From assembly GCF_006345805.1 (NCBI RefSeq), contig NC_043007.1:57970001-58034000 (forward strand): a stretch of 64,000 nt of DNA. The letters are read 5' to 3'. Position 1 is the stretch's first letter; each line of letters begins with the position of its first letter. Position numbers and translations under genes: made by a program. The notes beneath the pieces are model-generated. The model was not told the DNA's origin and did not search any database. It saw nothing but the letters and a program-made list of their open reading frames with translations. The DNA comes from Octopus sinensis. Taxonomy: Eukaryota. Positions 1-13,299 of this stretch are shown piece by piece.

Positions 1-434
1 ATAATAATAACGTATTGCAATAGTGTCTTGTTTCAGATTCATAGCCAGATGATGTGAAATAATGATACACGAATGTTTAGTATAACATTGGGTCATGAAG
101 TATATAACTGAGGTTTGCAGAGAAATTTGTAAATGACATTTGACTTTTAAAATACATTCTATACTCACATGGGCGCGAACACAAACACATATATATTTGT
201 ACTTGTGTGTGTATGTGTGTGAGTGCGTGCGTTTGTGTGCGCGCGCGCGGTATGTGGGACAGTGTGTGTGTGTGTGTGTGTTAACATTTCGTTTACACAT
301 AGCGATACTAATAATCTAGTGTTAGGACTTAGTATATGTATACTTCAGCAAAATATTGTTAGTCGCGTAGAGAGCGCAATAAAATATTATAAAAATTACA
401 AGGCAACAAGAAAGTGATATAATGACCTTCATTT

Positions 435-514
435 GCTTCAGCTGTTTCTGCTATAAAATAAATTGCACTCGCAATCCAGTGCTTGTGTATCACCCAATAG
501 CCTCGTCGGAGTCT
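435..514 (-). ncRNA. Degenerate hammerhead-like motif in a PLE terminal-repeat remnant
   Basis: Minus strand reads CCGACGA-g-gctat...atagc-a-GAAACAGCTG. Same family as 22160-22250. U16.1 appears lost. Confidence 0.45.
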
Positions 515-949
515 CAAACATGAAGTACAATTTTATTTGAGAAAGCATTTCTATACGTGAGAAACATCACCAAAATGTAGAATTGAATTTGAAAAGAAAA
601 AGCCTCACTCAGAAAAGTTTATATTTAGATGATTTTGTATACATATGTATACACAGATGAGCATACGATGATACCCTATATAAGTAGTTATTTATATACA
701 TAGATAGAATATAGACTGAATGTGTATGTTAATACAGGTTGAACGTATGAATAACTATAAAGAAGTTGAGAGGGAGAGAGGAAGGAGAGAAATCAAAGAC
801 ATTTCAGAAGTTTAGACGTCCATAGGACTGCCCAACATAAGGATTCTAACGAGATAGACAATTAGCAAAATTCTATAATGAGAGGTTTGAAAAACACGTG
901 TGTTTTCATTCACACGTGTTATGGGGTGATCAGTATAGCGTACGTTGCT

Positions 950-1330
950 TTTAGTAGCGGTGTCAACTCTTTCTGGTTTGGCATTGGTTTTAAGTAATTT
1001 TTTCTAGCTTTTCATAGTTCATCATTTTTCCTTTTATTTTGAAACAACAAATATTTTGAATTTTCCATTTGCACAAAGGTTTAAATGTTCCCTACATGGA
1101 ACATATCTAACAGATGATTTGTTGCTTATGTTCTCTATCTTGCTGTATTAATTTTGAACCCGTTTGGCCGATATAATTCTCATTAAATTGGGTTTGCAGC
1201 AAATCGTATTTGCTCTTCATATTTGCATTAACCTTCAATTCTTTCTAATTCTCGGATGTTTTAGCTTTTCTCTTTTCATTCACTTCACACGTCCAACAAC
1301 GAAGATTGGTAAAAAGGTTAGCAACTGGAA
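950..1330 (-). pseudogene. Penelope-like element GIY-YIG endonuclease remnant (Neptune-like)
   Basis: Minus-strand translation across frameshifts gives ENYIGQTGSKL...EHKQQ...VPCREHLNLCANGKFKIF, paralleling the remnant at 31400-31700. Confidence 0.65.
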
Positions 1331-2117
1331 AGATCTACACAGAGAGTTTATCCAACGAACATCAAATATAGTTGAGAATGAATCGTGGCGATGGAAATTG
1401 GTCAATGCCTTATGAGAGAGACTTACAGAAACATGTGCAGAAACATGTGCGTGTGAGTATTATGTATGTATGTATGTGTGTATGTATGTATGTATGTATG
1501 TATCTATCTATCTATCTATCTATCTATATATCTGTTTATATATCTATCTATCTATATATCTATTTATTCATCTATTATCTATTTATTTATTTATCTATCT
1601 ACCTATATATACACATATAACATTATATATTTACGCACACACATACACACACACGCGCGCGCACATACACATACACATATACATTACTGGTGGAGTTAGA
1701 TGGTACAACACCTCACTGTGACCGGTGATTTCTTCCCAATATGGAGTCCTCGAAATGATAGAGCATCTGCGAAACTGGAAAAATGCGTATATAATAATGA
1801 GCGGTATAGAGTGGCTTAACAGATTCTTTATTTCTTCAGCTAGAGAGTATGTGTTTTGTAGATCAACTCCTGTATAAAGCAGTCATAATTTAGACTATCC
1901 ACTAATGTAACAGTCACACACATGATTTTTTACATTGCAGATTACTTGGGCTCTTGACTGAGAAAGGAACCTTGGCATGCCTTCTCTGAGGCAACGGTGC
2001 GTGAGGAAGCTCCTCTTCTTTTTCTGCATCTGTTTTCACTCTTAGTTAACTCATGGTATAGTTTTGTAATATTAAAATATATTCCAGTTCCTGATTTACT
2101 CTGTAACTGTGTTGTGC

Positions 2118-2667
<550 letters not shown>

Positions 2668-2689
2668 AATATATATATATTATGTGCAT

Positions 2690-2809
<120 letters not shown>

Positions 2810-3946
2810 TATGTATGCGTTTGTGTCTGGGTCTGAGTGTATGTCAGTGCATATATGAATGTATGAGAGCGTATATCTCGTTTAGGCATTGCGAGACTAA
2901 AACCTGGTGTAGAACTCAATCTACGTATGTTTCAGATAGAAGTGTTAGCTGAGTATAGGGTAATAAGAAAGAAAGCTGAGAAAGGAATAAATGATTATCT
3001 TATGAACTTCATTAGCTAACAGCTATTTCAGCTATATGATGCAGCAATAAGTTGCTCTTCAAGCACTCACTGCATTTTATTGCAGAAACAGGTGTAAGGT
3101 AATGAAGTTCATAAGATAATTATTTATTCCTGTCATCTCTCTTTCTTATAAGAAATTGAATCAAACGATGAGGGATATTATGGCTCACATACATTGTGTA
3201 AGGTTATATTGCATGCATGTGTATTTGCATTCACCCTTGCATAATTGTCTGACTTATGTTTCCATGTTTGATTTGTGAATTAAAAGAGCGATTTCTTTTG
3301 TAGATATACAATATGCGAATATATCAAATTGCATAAAATTTATTTGAATGTATGCAGTTGTGTGCGTCTGTGTATACATATACATTTATTTAACTGTGTG
3401 CTTCTCATGTTAGATGTTGTGTGTTTGCGTATTTTCGGTGAAACACAAACAGCATAATAAAACTTGAATAAATTTATTTCTTACTATATGTAATGGCAAT
3501 GCATGTGTCAATTACTTTTTGAATTCATTGTAATGCAGAAGATTATGGTTTCTCTTCGTTCTCCAAGGATACTAAAAGATGTTTCGACTAAAACATAGCA
3601 TTAAGACAATCAATATCGATTTTTGTACATTGATACAATATCTCACGTTTATAGGATTAATGTAAATGAGATTCTGATAACAATGAAATGAATTATAGAA
3701 GTGAAATGGTCGAATTTACCTCGTCGTTGGTCTAAGTTTATCTCCTGTCTCATATGTTCAATTCCTTTGATATAGAATTATAGAGTTTAAGGAGGTGAAA
3801 TGGTCGAACTTACCTCATCGTTGGTTTAGGATAATATCATGTCCCGTGAGTTCAATATCTTTGCAAGCGTGTCATGGAGTATCTTAGCAATAGACATGAA
3901 TATATCCTTCATTCACCAAACTGTTGACAATATGTAACATATCATA

Positions 3947-4145
3947 AGGCAGCAAGCTGGCAGAACTGTTTGCATGTCGGGCAAAATGATCAGCGACATT
4001 TCACCTGCCTTTACGTTGGGAGTTCAAATTCTGCTGAGGTCGATTTTGCCTTTCATCTTTTGGAATCGTTAAAATAAGTACCAGATGTAATCGACTGACC
4101 TCTCTCCCGAAATTGCTGGCCATATGCCAAAAAGTTTAAACCAAC
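3947..4145 (+). mobile_element. tRNA-derived SINE with Meta/MESC-like central domain, flanked by a 15-bp target-site duplication
   Basis: Head ggcagcaagctggcagaa, gagttcaaattc, central tttgcctttcatc...aaataagtaccag. TSD atgtaacatatcata at 3932-3946 and 4146-4160. The domain name is from memory. Confidence 0.85.
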
Positions 4146-4769
4146 ATGTAACATATCATACAGGTGCTGAAATGTTTCTGGTTTTGAGTAAAAGAAAATA
4201 CAGGAGGATCAGTTAATTATGATATTATTCAGCATGTTCCCCTCTCAGATTCACACACTTATTGTAACAGTGTTTCATTTTTTAAAGCTCTGTTGAAGAA
4301 GTCGGAAGGTTGGACCTCCAATCAGGGTTTTCGTGAGACACTTAGAGACAGGAACTTTTCAGCACCCCTTCCTAAAACTAAGCGAATAATACTAGGCCGA
4401 AATTTATAGTTGAGAATTTATTTACTGAGATAAAGTTACAGCTCGTAAGAAGTACGATAGTTTAATGGCGAGCACTTTATTTATAGAAGTAAAGGACAGA
4501 TCATAAGAAGGAATAGCGTAGTGTTCTACTATGCTAATAGAAGTCGTTTCGTCTCTTAGAAATAATAACAAAATCTGCCTCAAACTGCGCCTAACCGTTC
4601 TAAGTCCTGATCAAACAAAAATCACAACTTCAATCTTATTTGTTTTCCAAGCAGTGCGCGTCAGGGTGTTACCTCGAAGATTTAATACTGTCTCACGAAT
4701 TCTCTCACTCTGTCTCTGTCTCCCCCCCCTCTCTCTCTCTCTCTCTCTCTCGTATGTGTGTGTTATATA

Positions 4770-4968
4770 AAGGCGAGATGGCAAAATCGCTAACACGTAG
4801 GGCAAAATGTTTAACGACATTTCGTTCGGAGTTGAAATTCCACCGAGGTTGACTTTGTCTTTCATCCGTTCGGGGTCGATGAAATAAGTACCAGTTGAGA
4901 ACTGGGGTTGATGTAATCGACTTACTCTTTTCCCCGAAATTGCTGACTTGCTTCAAAATATTAAATCA
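4770..4968 (+). mobile_element. Meta/MESC-like SINE copy
   Basis: Same head and ctttcatccgttcggggtcgatgaaataagtaccag core. Confidence 0.85.
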
Positions 4969-5062
4969 ATATATATATTTACAATGGTCAGTTTTTTAAA
5001 AAGATTGTCTTGAATTTATCAGTGCTTCATATATGAATACATTTATATATATATATACAATC

Positions 5063-5137
<75 letters not shown>

Positions 5138-6774
5138 CATATACAATATATAAAGCACTGATAAATTTCAGAGCAACTTTTTTATGGAACTGAGCAATGT
5201 AAATACAGCTATGAATAATAATTCCTGATATGGCAATAAAAATTCTTCCTTGGACGGAAAATTGAGAATAGAATTATCTAAGAGAGTTGAACCATCTATC
5301 TGCTGTATGCTAGAAAGTATGCCACTAGATCAAGGAAATCTGGTAAATTCTGTCAAAATTAGAAGCTTTAATTGTACAAGCGAGATATATGTATCGGGGA
5401 CAGGTACATCAGTTCAGTAGACAGACATACAGATAGACTAATATGTAGATATAAGTATTTGAATATGAGTTCCCATTCGTCGGACAGTTTTGTTAGAATG
5501 AAACAGAAATGACGATATAATCAAACAAAAACTAGTTTAAAGGACCTTTGTAAATGGTTTTGTTTCTTTGGTCCTTTCAACTAACGGTCTTAAGCATGCA
5601 ATGAACAAAATAAATTCAGTATAAATTCAGTCTATTTTAAATACGAAGAAAACCTTAAATCGAAGGACAGATTCCAAATACATATGGTAAATAATCATAT
5701 ACGAAATATAAATCAATACGTTAAAATTTAAATTATAAATTTTCACGCTGTATTACATAAATATTTTTTCAGCAGTACATACACATGCTAAACCATCTAT
5801 AATATTCATAGATACTCCAAAATACACAGATGCATGTACATAGTTATATACATATATAGACTTATAGAGGTAAGATATAAATATATACACAAATACACAT
5901 ATACATATATGTACGCATGCATGCACACGCACAAAATCTCTTGGTGTATACATATACAGGTCAGTTACTACAGACGAGAGATATGGGAAGTATACTTTAA
6001 GCATAAGGAGGAAGAAGAGAAAAAGAAAAAGAAACAGAAACGGAAAACTAGCGAGAGAAAGAGAAAAAAGAGAAAAGAGAAAAGAAGCGTGTTGTGTAAG
6101 GACGCTTGCCAAGTATCAAGAAGGAAGAGAAAGGGTACTTTGAGCAAGAAAAGAATAGAAAAGAAAGAGAGATAGATTGCGAAATATGTGGAACGAACGT
6201 ACACACAAAATTACATATATATTAGTATACAAATACACATATATGATTACGTATATAAATATACAGAAATATGTACGTAAATACATATTCACACAAATAT
6301 AAGTGTACACGCATATACATATACGTCCATGTACGTATGTACATAAATGATATAAACATACATGTATACTTACACACATACATAGATACACACATACAAA
6401 TACATATGCATACCCACAATACACACACATAAAAACATATCTAGATCCTAATGTGTATTTACAATTTTTTTTTTAAATTGCTCTGTGTATGTAGTAATAA
6501 GAATCGATAAAAATATTTGCAAAATGCAGCACCATATATAGAATTATCTATAAATTAAATATAATAATTAAATAGGTTTGTAAAATACAATAAAATAATA
6601 AACGCTTAAACTTTAAAATAATATGTAGAAAAGTCGAAGGTTATCTTAAAGAATACGTCGAAATACATTCAATATCGTTGCGTTGCAAAATAACCGAACA
6701 CTACAAAGTAGGAACTCAACAGTGGCATTGGGAATTAGTTCAAGATTCAAAAAATATATTATCAATACGGTATT

Positions 6775-7463
6775 TTATCGGTTGACATTTTAAATTTTGT
6801 TGCGTGCCTGCAGGAATTTAAGAGTTCGCGTCTTTGAATCAAATCGCTATTGTCCTGAAATAAAATAAAGAATTTTCCGAAAGGCATAAATCGAATTTGA
6901 TGGGTCTTTTATGAGTACCATGTCTGTAAGCTGATGCTTTATCTAAGATTTTCTATGTCACGTTGAAAGGACGGGTTTCATTTTCTTTCAATTCCCAGAT
7001 GTGTTTTACCAGACTAGTATTTTAGTGTTGTGTTAGCTAATGAAAGAGGCGAAGTTTTTGCAACAAGAATAGCTGATCTTAAGTGTTCTTCTATTAAATA
7101 TTCTGTAAAACTTATGGTTAAGTTGAACATGTTTAGAGACTAATTTTAAGAATTCCCTACCTATATTAGTTTTTACGGCCATATTAAAAGCTGGGCTGAA
7201 CCACAAAACCCTCCTAGTTTTAGTTCTACGTGTGGTATTACTGCTAACATTAACTTGGTTATACTGGATCTTCTCAGAGAATCCACTATTCCTTAATGCG
7301 TTATTGTAATAGGGTGCAGCATTTTGAAATGCTGCCTCATCCGTAGAAATTGACGATATTCGTCTACCTACATTACTGACTAGGTTCCTAAGAATAACTG
7401 GTGGATGATTGAATATAGGCTTACGGTAAGGTTTGAATTTATCTAATTGTAAATCTAAATTTT
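6775..7463 (-). pseudogene. Naiad-like Penelope element fragment (RT C-terminus to ORF end, GIY-YIG core deleted)
   Basis: Minus strand: PYRKP..NHPPVILRNL..RRISSIS..AAPYYNNALRNSGF..VLWFSPAF..KTNIGREFLKLVSKH..IFNRRTLKISYSC, then KHIWELKE..KILDKASAY..LCLSE..RELLNSCRHATKF. Confidence 0.85.
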
Positions 7464-8549
7464 AACAGTTTTTTTTTCAAAGCCATAATGGAAGTGACAA
7501 AGGAGCATATTGAGCATATTTTGCTTTATGAGTTCAATAAAGGCAGCAACGCAACGGCAAGTGCGAGGAATATTAATGTAGTATATGGGGATCGGACAAT
7601 AATCGTAAGCTAGTGTCAACGGTGGTTCCAGAAACTACAGCGTAGAAGACGATCCTTATCGTGGAAGATCAGTAAAGCGCGACGATAACGTCCTGCAAAC
7701 TCTTGTGGAACAAAATCCCATCGTAACTGTTCAGGAACTAGCAGAGAAGCATGGATTTGGTCATTCAACCATTCATGGACACCTGCATGCCATCGGAAAA
7801 GTCAACAAATTGGGTCAATGGGTTCCTCACACACTGTCCGAGTCTAATCACGCGCAGAGAGTGGATGTGTGCTCCTCTTTGCTTTCACGTCTGACGAATG
7901 AACCTCTTTTGAACCGAATAGTGACTGGTGACGAGAAATGGATTCTCTATAGAAATGTCAAGCACTAAAGACAGTGGGCAGGGAAAGGAAAAACACTGGC
8001 ACCCCAGGCTAAATTAGGTCTTCATCCATGTAAGCTGTTGTATGTAATCTGTTTGGTGGGATATGAAAGGTTTACTCCACTTTGAACTTTTAAACTCAAA
8101 TCAAACGATAACAAATGAGATCCACTGCGAGCAGCTTGAGAAGCTTAAGTGAGTGCTAGAAGAAAAACGACCGTCTTTGGTTAGGAGGCAATAAAGCTCG
8201 GCCACATACAGTGAGGATGGCATTCCAAAAGCTGGAGCAGTATGAATGGGGAATGATGCCCCAACCACCATATTCACCGGACATAGCACCATCTGACTAT
8301 CATTTATTCCGCATTGTACGGAAAAATATGAATTCTGTAGACGAAGTCAAAACAGTACTGGAGGAATACTTTTCATTATGCACAAGTGAAATTTGGAAGT
8401 GGGGCCTTGCAAGACAACCAGATAGATGGAAGAACATTGTAGAAAATGAAAGAGAATGTATTTTAGATTAAAAAAGAACTTTGTTTATCATAATTTCGAA
8501 AAATAAAAGCAGTATAAAAAAACTGCATTGTTTATGGGATGACCCAGTA
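7460..8549 (+). mobile_element. Mariner (DD34D) transposon, decayed; transposase pseudogene 7488-8471
   Basis: MEVTKEHIEHILLYEFNKG start, WVPHTL, IVTGDEKWILY, YSPDIAPSDYHLFR. Multiple stops and frameshifts. Right terminal repeat-like end ...tttatgggatgacccag+TA at 8531-8549; left end not found. Confidence 0.92.
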
Positions 8550-8692
8550 TGTGTGTGTGTGTGTGTGTGTATCTGTGTACATATATACATATATGCATAT
8601 ATACATACATAAATACATACCTATATAACATTCATGAATACATACATATACATGCATACATACATACATACATACATACATACATACATACA

Positions 8693-8724
<32 letters not shown>

Positions 8725-8850
8725 CATGCATACATACATACATACATATACATGCATGCATACATACATACATACATACATACATACATACATCATACAT
8801 ACATACATACATACATACGTACATACATTCATGCATACATGTATACATAT
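8550..8850. repeat. Compound (TG)n/(TACA)n microsatellite
   Basis: Direct reading. Confidence 0.95.
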
Positions 8851-9389
8851 AATAACTTCATATTTTTATATCTTGTTTTCTCATTATTTTATGAACGTGC
8901 TAACCATAGCTTATCCATTCATTCGAACATACTGTTTTTATGAAATCTCTTGTATTACCAAAATTTAACTCAAACCTTATATTTACACCATACCAGCAAC
9001 TAACCTCACCACTTTATATGTATAACCTCCGCTGGCATATTTGCGTAAACATACACTCCCTAATCACCATAATTGTTTATCACAAACCCCAACAAATACT
9101 AGCAACCTCTGTCCATTTGTACTAAACAGCTCACAATTCCCTCTTAGTGAAATGCATTTCGTTTCATTTCTGTAACAGTTATGTTTATCTCCCACCAAAA
9201 TATATGCGTACACAGATATATAGTTTTCTATGCACCGATATAACTGATATTAACGACAAGTGTTTAAGCTGACATAAATTTATTTTATATAATTTGAATA
9301 CTCACTACTGTACATTTATTAACCTTCGTAGTCAGCCATCGTATATCCTAACCTCTCCATATGTTTTTATGGATTTTCATATATGTATA

Positions 9390-9450
<61 letters not shown>

Positions 9451-9451
<1 letters not shown>

Positions 9452-10145
9452 CAAAATAGTAAATATATGGCACAACGAAGTACCGATATTTACTGGAAAT
9501 AGCGAACGTAATTAGCATACATACATACATACATACATACATACATACATACATACATACATACATACATACATACATACATGCATGAATTATTACGTTC
9601 GCTATTTCCAGTAAATATCGGTACTTCGTTGTGCCATATATTTACTATTTTGTGTATTTTTCCCTCACGGGCTATTCTTTACTGGAAAGCAATACTCTAG
9701 TATTGCATTACTAATTTATTGAAGCTTCTTCACCGTTTTCGTACTGTTGGTGTTTCGGCGTTTCAGTCGAGTGTAATGGTATTAATGTGCTAACATCTGA
9801 GATTTTGTCATGGTATATGCTTGGCTGATGAAGATAGAACAAGATTATGGGTGGCAGACATATCTTGTAAAATCTGAAACCTGCAGGTCCCACATTATCC
9901 TTTTCCAGGTATTTCATCTTTCAGATGTTCTCCCTGGAGGTAAGACAATTTTTTCTAGTTTGTTGTACATACGCATTTTTGCTAATACATACGCGGTGAA
10001 GCTATACATTAGCGTCGTATTATTACGTTCGCTATTTCCAGTAAATATCGGTACTTCGTTGTGCCATATATTTACTATTTTATGTATTTTTCCCTCACTA
10101 TTCTTAACTGGAAAGCAATACTCTAGTATTGCATTACTAATTTAT
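9451..10145 (+). mobile_element. Non-coding HHR-bearing element (430-bp unit, partial tandem plus 5' inverted copy)
   Basis: Direct repeats 9591-9719 and 10021-10145. Perfect 62-bp inverted repeat 9451-9512 vs 9592-9653. Hammerhead at 9817-9895. TA-rich microsatellites on both sides. Confidence 0.8.
9817..9895 (+). ncRNA. Type I hammerhead ribozyme
   Basis: CTGATGA 9825-9831; stem II agat/atct plus acaagat/atcttgt; GAAA 9876-9879; palindromic stem III acctgcaggt; GUC triplet with predicted cleavage after 9889; stem I tgg/cca plus atg/cat. Confidence 0.85.
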
Positions 10146-10272
10146 ATATATATTTATATATATATACTTATATATATATATATAAATATATATATATATA
10201 AATATATATATATTTATATATATATATATACATACATATATATATACATACATATATATATACATATACATA

Positions 10273-10677
10273 GGGGAAGGATGCAGGTTCGCTCATCCCA
10301 CGCCCTATGGAAATTGCATCAAACCCACTCGACCAAAATGCCTTAACCAAAACCAAGACCGAAACCAAAACCAGAACAAATACAAGCTGCCCCAGAAATA
10401 TGCAGACATAGTGCGTAATGCCCCAACAAGGAGAAGGCGCACATTTGCAGAGGAAATGCAGACGGCGGCAGCAGAACAAAGAAATTTTGTGGAAATAGCA
10501 GAGAAAATTGTGGGACAACTGGCCTGGATACATTGTCTTCAGAGCCAGGGGCACTCACAACAGCACTCAAGACCACCACAATCAAGGGACCCAGGGTGGC
10601 CACCGCTGACACCAGCCCAGGTGCCACACCGTCAGTCTTTATTGACACCCCAAATATCTCACCAGTGCTGCTGCTGA
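10273..10677 (+). CDS. LINE ORF1 C-terminal remnant (begins with a GCRFAHP CCCH-finger-like end)
   Basis: Open frame extends upstream of the tracked ORF 10411..10677: [23 protein letters not shown]... It overlaps the start of ORF2. Confidence 0.55.
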   Translation, partial: GEGCRFAHPTPYGNCIKPTRPKCLNQNQDRNQNQNKYKLPQKYADIVRNAPTRRRRTFAEEMQTAAAEQRNFVEIAEKIVGQLAWIHCLQSQGHSQQHSRPPQSRDPGWPPLTPAQVPHRQSLLTPQISHQCCC

Positions 10678-11582
10678 ATGTCAGAGGTCTGGTGAAACCC
10701 ACTAATATGAGTAAAATTCCTCACCTTAGGGACTTAAGCACAAGCAACCATGCAATATGCATAGCGCTGACTGAAACGCACCTGTCAAGCAGTATAGCAG
10801 ATGCAGAAATACATATACCAAAGTATACTGTTTTTCGGTCAGACAGGAAGGAAAGAGCTCATGGTGGGGTTGCCCTGTACGTCCGTGAAGATGTCACACC
10901 CATAGTACTGTTGACACACTCAAACTCAGTCTGTGACACACTGATAGTACACATGAAACAACCGAAAATAGTAATATGTGTCACATATCGGCCACCAGAC
11001 ACCCCTAGTCATGAAGGAGTGTTTGAAGATAGCCTCAGAAGAATAGAAGAAGTCCTGGACAAACTGGACCAGGATAACACCATTCTACTGCTGGGAGATT
11101 TTAACCTTCCGAAAGTCAAATGGCCAGATGGCCATCTTCTCCCTGGAATGACATCACTTGAACAGAGACAGACAGAGTCCTTGTTGGCTCTCACACGCAA
11201 GTTTTTCATGGAGCAAGCAGTGCTTCGGCCAACAAGAGGTGAGAATGTCTTGGACCTCTGTTTCACAAGCAACCCGATGCTCATCCACAACATAATGGTA
11301 ACACCAACAATTCTCTCAGATCACAACTTAGTAGAGGTAATGATATATGGTATGAGAGAGTTAGTTGAGACGCAGCCATTAGAAAATACCACAGGCCTAT
11401 CCAGTCTAAACTTCCATAAGGCAAACTGGAAGAAGATCAACGAAGAGATCCGAAAACATGACTGGAGTGACTTCATCACCACACAAGACACCAACACACA
11501 TTTCCAACATTTCATGACAACAATACAGAACATATGCCATAAGTTTGTCCCGGAGAAAAAAGCCAGCGGGCATAGGATGTAA
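10533..11582 (+). CDS. LINE ORF2 N-terminal part: apurinic-like endonuclease (APE)
   Basis: [41 protein letters not shown] motifs. Confidence 0.93.
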   Translation: MSSEPGALTTALKTTTIKGPRVATADTSPGATPSVFIDTPNISPVLLLNVRGLVKPTNMSKIPHLRDLSTSNHAICIALTETHLSSSIADAEIHIPKYTVFRSDRKERAHGGVALYVREDVTPIVLLTHSNSVCDTLIVHMKQPKIVICVTYRPPDTPSHEGVFEDSLRRIEEVLDKLDQDNTILLLGDFNLPKVKWPDGHLLPGMTSLEQRQTESLLALTRKFFMEQAVLRPTRGENVLDLCFTSNPMLIHNIMVTPTILSDHNLVEVMIYGMRELVETQPLENTTGLSSLNFHKANWKKINEEIRKHDWSDFITTQDTNTHFQHFMTTIQNICHKFVPEKKASGHRM

Positions 11583-11599
11583 TATCTGCCATAGAAGAA

Positions 11600-13186
11600 A
11601 TGAGAATAAACTCAGCTGCTGGACCAGATGGATTCCCAGCAGTCCTCCTAAAAACATGCAGGCATGCCCTAGCGGGACCACTGAAGAAGCTCTTCAGTGG
11701 TTCCTTGGCTAACGGTAAACTGCCCAGGGCGCTAAAAGAAGGCACCATATGCCCTATCCACAAAGGAGGGAGTAGAGCAGAGGCCAAAAACTACAGGCCA
11801 GTCTTCCTGACGTCACACATAAGTAAGGTCATGGAACGAATCATCAGAAAAAAACTGATCACGTTCCTCGAAGAAACTAACCGTCCCACTGATACACAGC
11901 ATGACTTTCGCCCAGGAAGAAGCTGCCTTACGCAGCTGTTACAACACTACGACTGGGTACTGAAACAACTACTGGATCGCTCACAGGTGGATGTGGTATA
12001 TCTCGACTTTGCGAAGGCCTTTGACAAAGTCGACCACGGAGTGATATGTCACAAATTACTCAGACTCGGCATAACAGGAAAAGTAGGTGAGTGGATACAT
12101 GACTTCCTGAAGGACAGAAGCCAGATGGTTGCAGCCAATGGAGCCCTCTCAGGAAAGACACCAATAGCAAGCGGGGTGCCACAGGGCACAGTCTTGGGAC
12201 CCTTGCTGTTTTTGGTGGCGCTCTCTGACATGCCCTTGGTAGCACAAACAACATCCCTCACTAGCTATGCTGATGACACAAAGGTAGCACAGGCAATAAA
12301 AAACCCAGCTGATGCTGACCTTTTACAACAAGATCTGGATGCCATATACAAATGGGCTGAAGACAACAACATGCAATTTAATGCTGGTAAATTTCAAGCC
12401 TTACAATATCAAGCTGTAAACACATATACATTACAACACAACTATACTGGTCCAGGAGGGATCGAAATCCCAGTATCGAAATCAATACGGGACCTGGGGA
12501 TAGACATGAGTGACGATGCATCTTTTTCTTCACACATCGCGAAGGTGGCGACAATGTGCAGACGACTCACTGGCTGGATCCTGAGGACATTCCGGACAAG
12601 AGACTGCGAGACCATGTTGACACTATGGAGGACATTTGTCCTAAGCCGCCTGGACTACTGCTCCCAACTGTGGTCACCGCATAGTGTCAAACTAATCACA
12701 GAGCTTGAGACAATCCAAAGACATTTCACCAAGAGGATTTCCACCATGAAAGAAAAGAACTATTGGGAGAGGCTTAGGGAACTCAATTTGTACTCCTTGG
12801 AACGAAGACAAGAGAGATATGCAGTGATATACATATGGAAAATCCTGGAGGGACTAGCACCAAATTTTGGAATTGAGAGCTGTTACAATCCCCGTACAGG
12901 ACGTCACTGTGTGGTGCCAAAGGTCCCGTCTTCCACATCCAGGGTAAGGAGCAGATACTGTAATAGCCTGGGGTTCAGGGGCCCTCAGCTGTACAACAAA
13001 CTGCCAAGAAAACTAAGAGATCTACATGATGCGGATGTGGACATTTTCAAAAAACATCTAGACAAGCTGCTTTCCGGGATCCCAGATGAACCCACTGCAA
13101 GGTACGAAGGTAACCTAAGGGCAGCAGCTACAAACTCTCTCTTAGATCAGTGGCCAGCCACGGCAAACTGGACTTGGAGAGAGTAG
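11600..13186 (+). CDS. LINE ORF2 reverse transcriptase part
   Basis: AAGPDG, NYRPV, YLDFAKAFDKVDH, GVPQGTVLGPLLF, YADDT, RLDYCSQLWSP, LYSLERR motifs. Confidence 0.95.
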   Translation: MRINSAAGPDGFPAVLLKTCRHALAGPLKKLFSGSLANGKLPRALKEGTICPIHKGGSRAEAKNYRPVFLTSHISKVMERIIRKKLITFLEETNRPTDTQHDFRPGRSCLTQLLQHYDWVLKQLLDRSQVDVVYLDFAKAFDKVDHGVICHKLLRLGITGKVGEWIHDFLKDRSQMVAANGALSGKTPIASGVPQGTVLGPLLFLVALSDMPLVAQTTSLTSYADDTKVAQAIKNPADADLLQQDLDAIYKWAEDNNMQFNAGKFQALQYQAVNTYTLQHNYTGPGGIEIPVSKSIRDLGIDMSDDASFSSHIAKVATMCRRLTGWILRTFRTRDCETMLTLWRTFVLSRLDYCSQLWSPHSVKLITELETIQRHFTKRISTMKEKNYWERLRELNLYSLERRQERYAVIYIWKILEGLAPNFGIESCYNPRTGRHCVVPKVPSSTSRVRSRYCNSLGFRGPQLYNKLPRKLRDLHDADVDIFKKHLDKLLSGIPDEPTARYEGNLRAAATNSLLDQWPATANWTWRE

Positions 13187-13250
13187 CAACAAGGGCGGTG
13201 CCCCAGCATGGCCTCAGCCGGATGGCTGAAACAGGTAAAAGAGTAAAAGA

Positions 13251-13296
<46 letters not shown>

Positions 13297-13299
<3 letters not shown>

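Larger units (their letters stand above)
10273..13253 (+). mobile_element. CR1-group non-LTR retrotransposon (LINE), 5'-truncated and internally deleted
   Basis: ORF1 remnant, APE and RT ORFs, 3' stem-loop and (GTAAAAGA)n tail. Flanked by TA microsatellites. Confidence 0.92.

Noticed and set aside
3699-3860. Two ~80-bp direct repeats with faint A/B-box resemblance
   Set aside because: Too degenerate to assign; probably old SINE heads.
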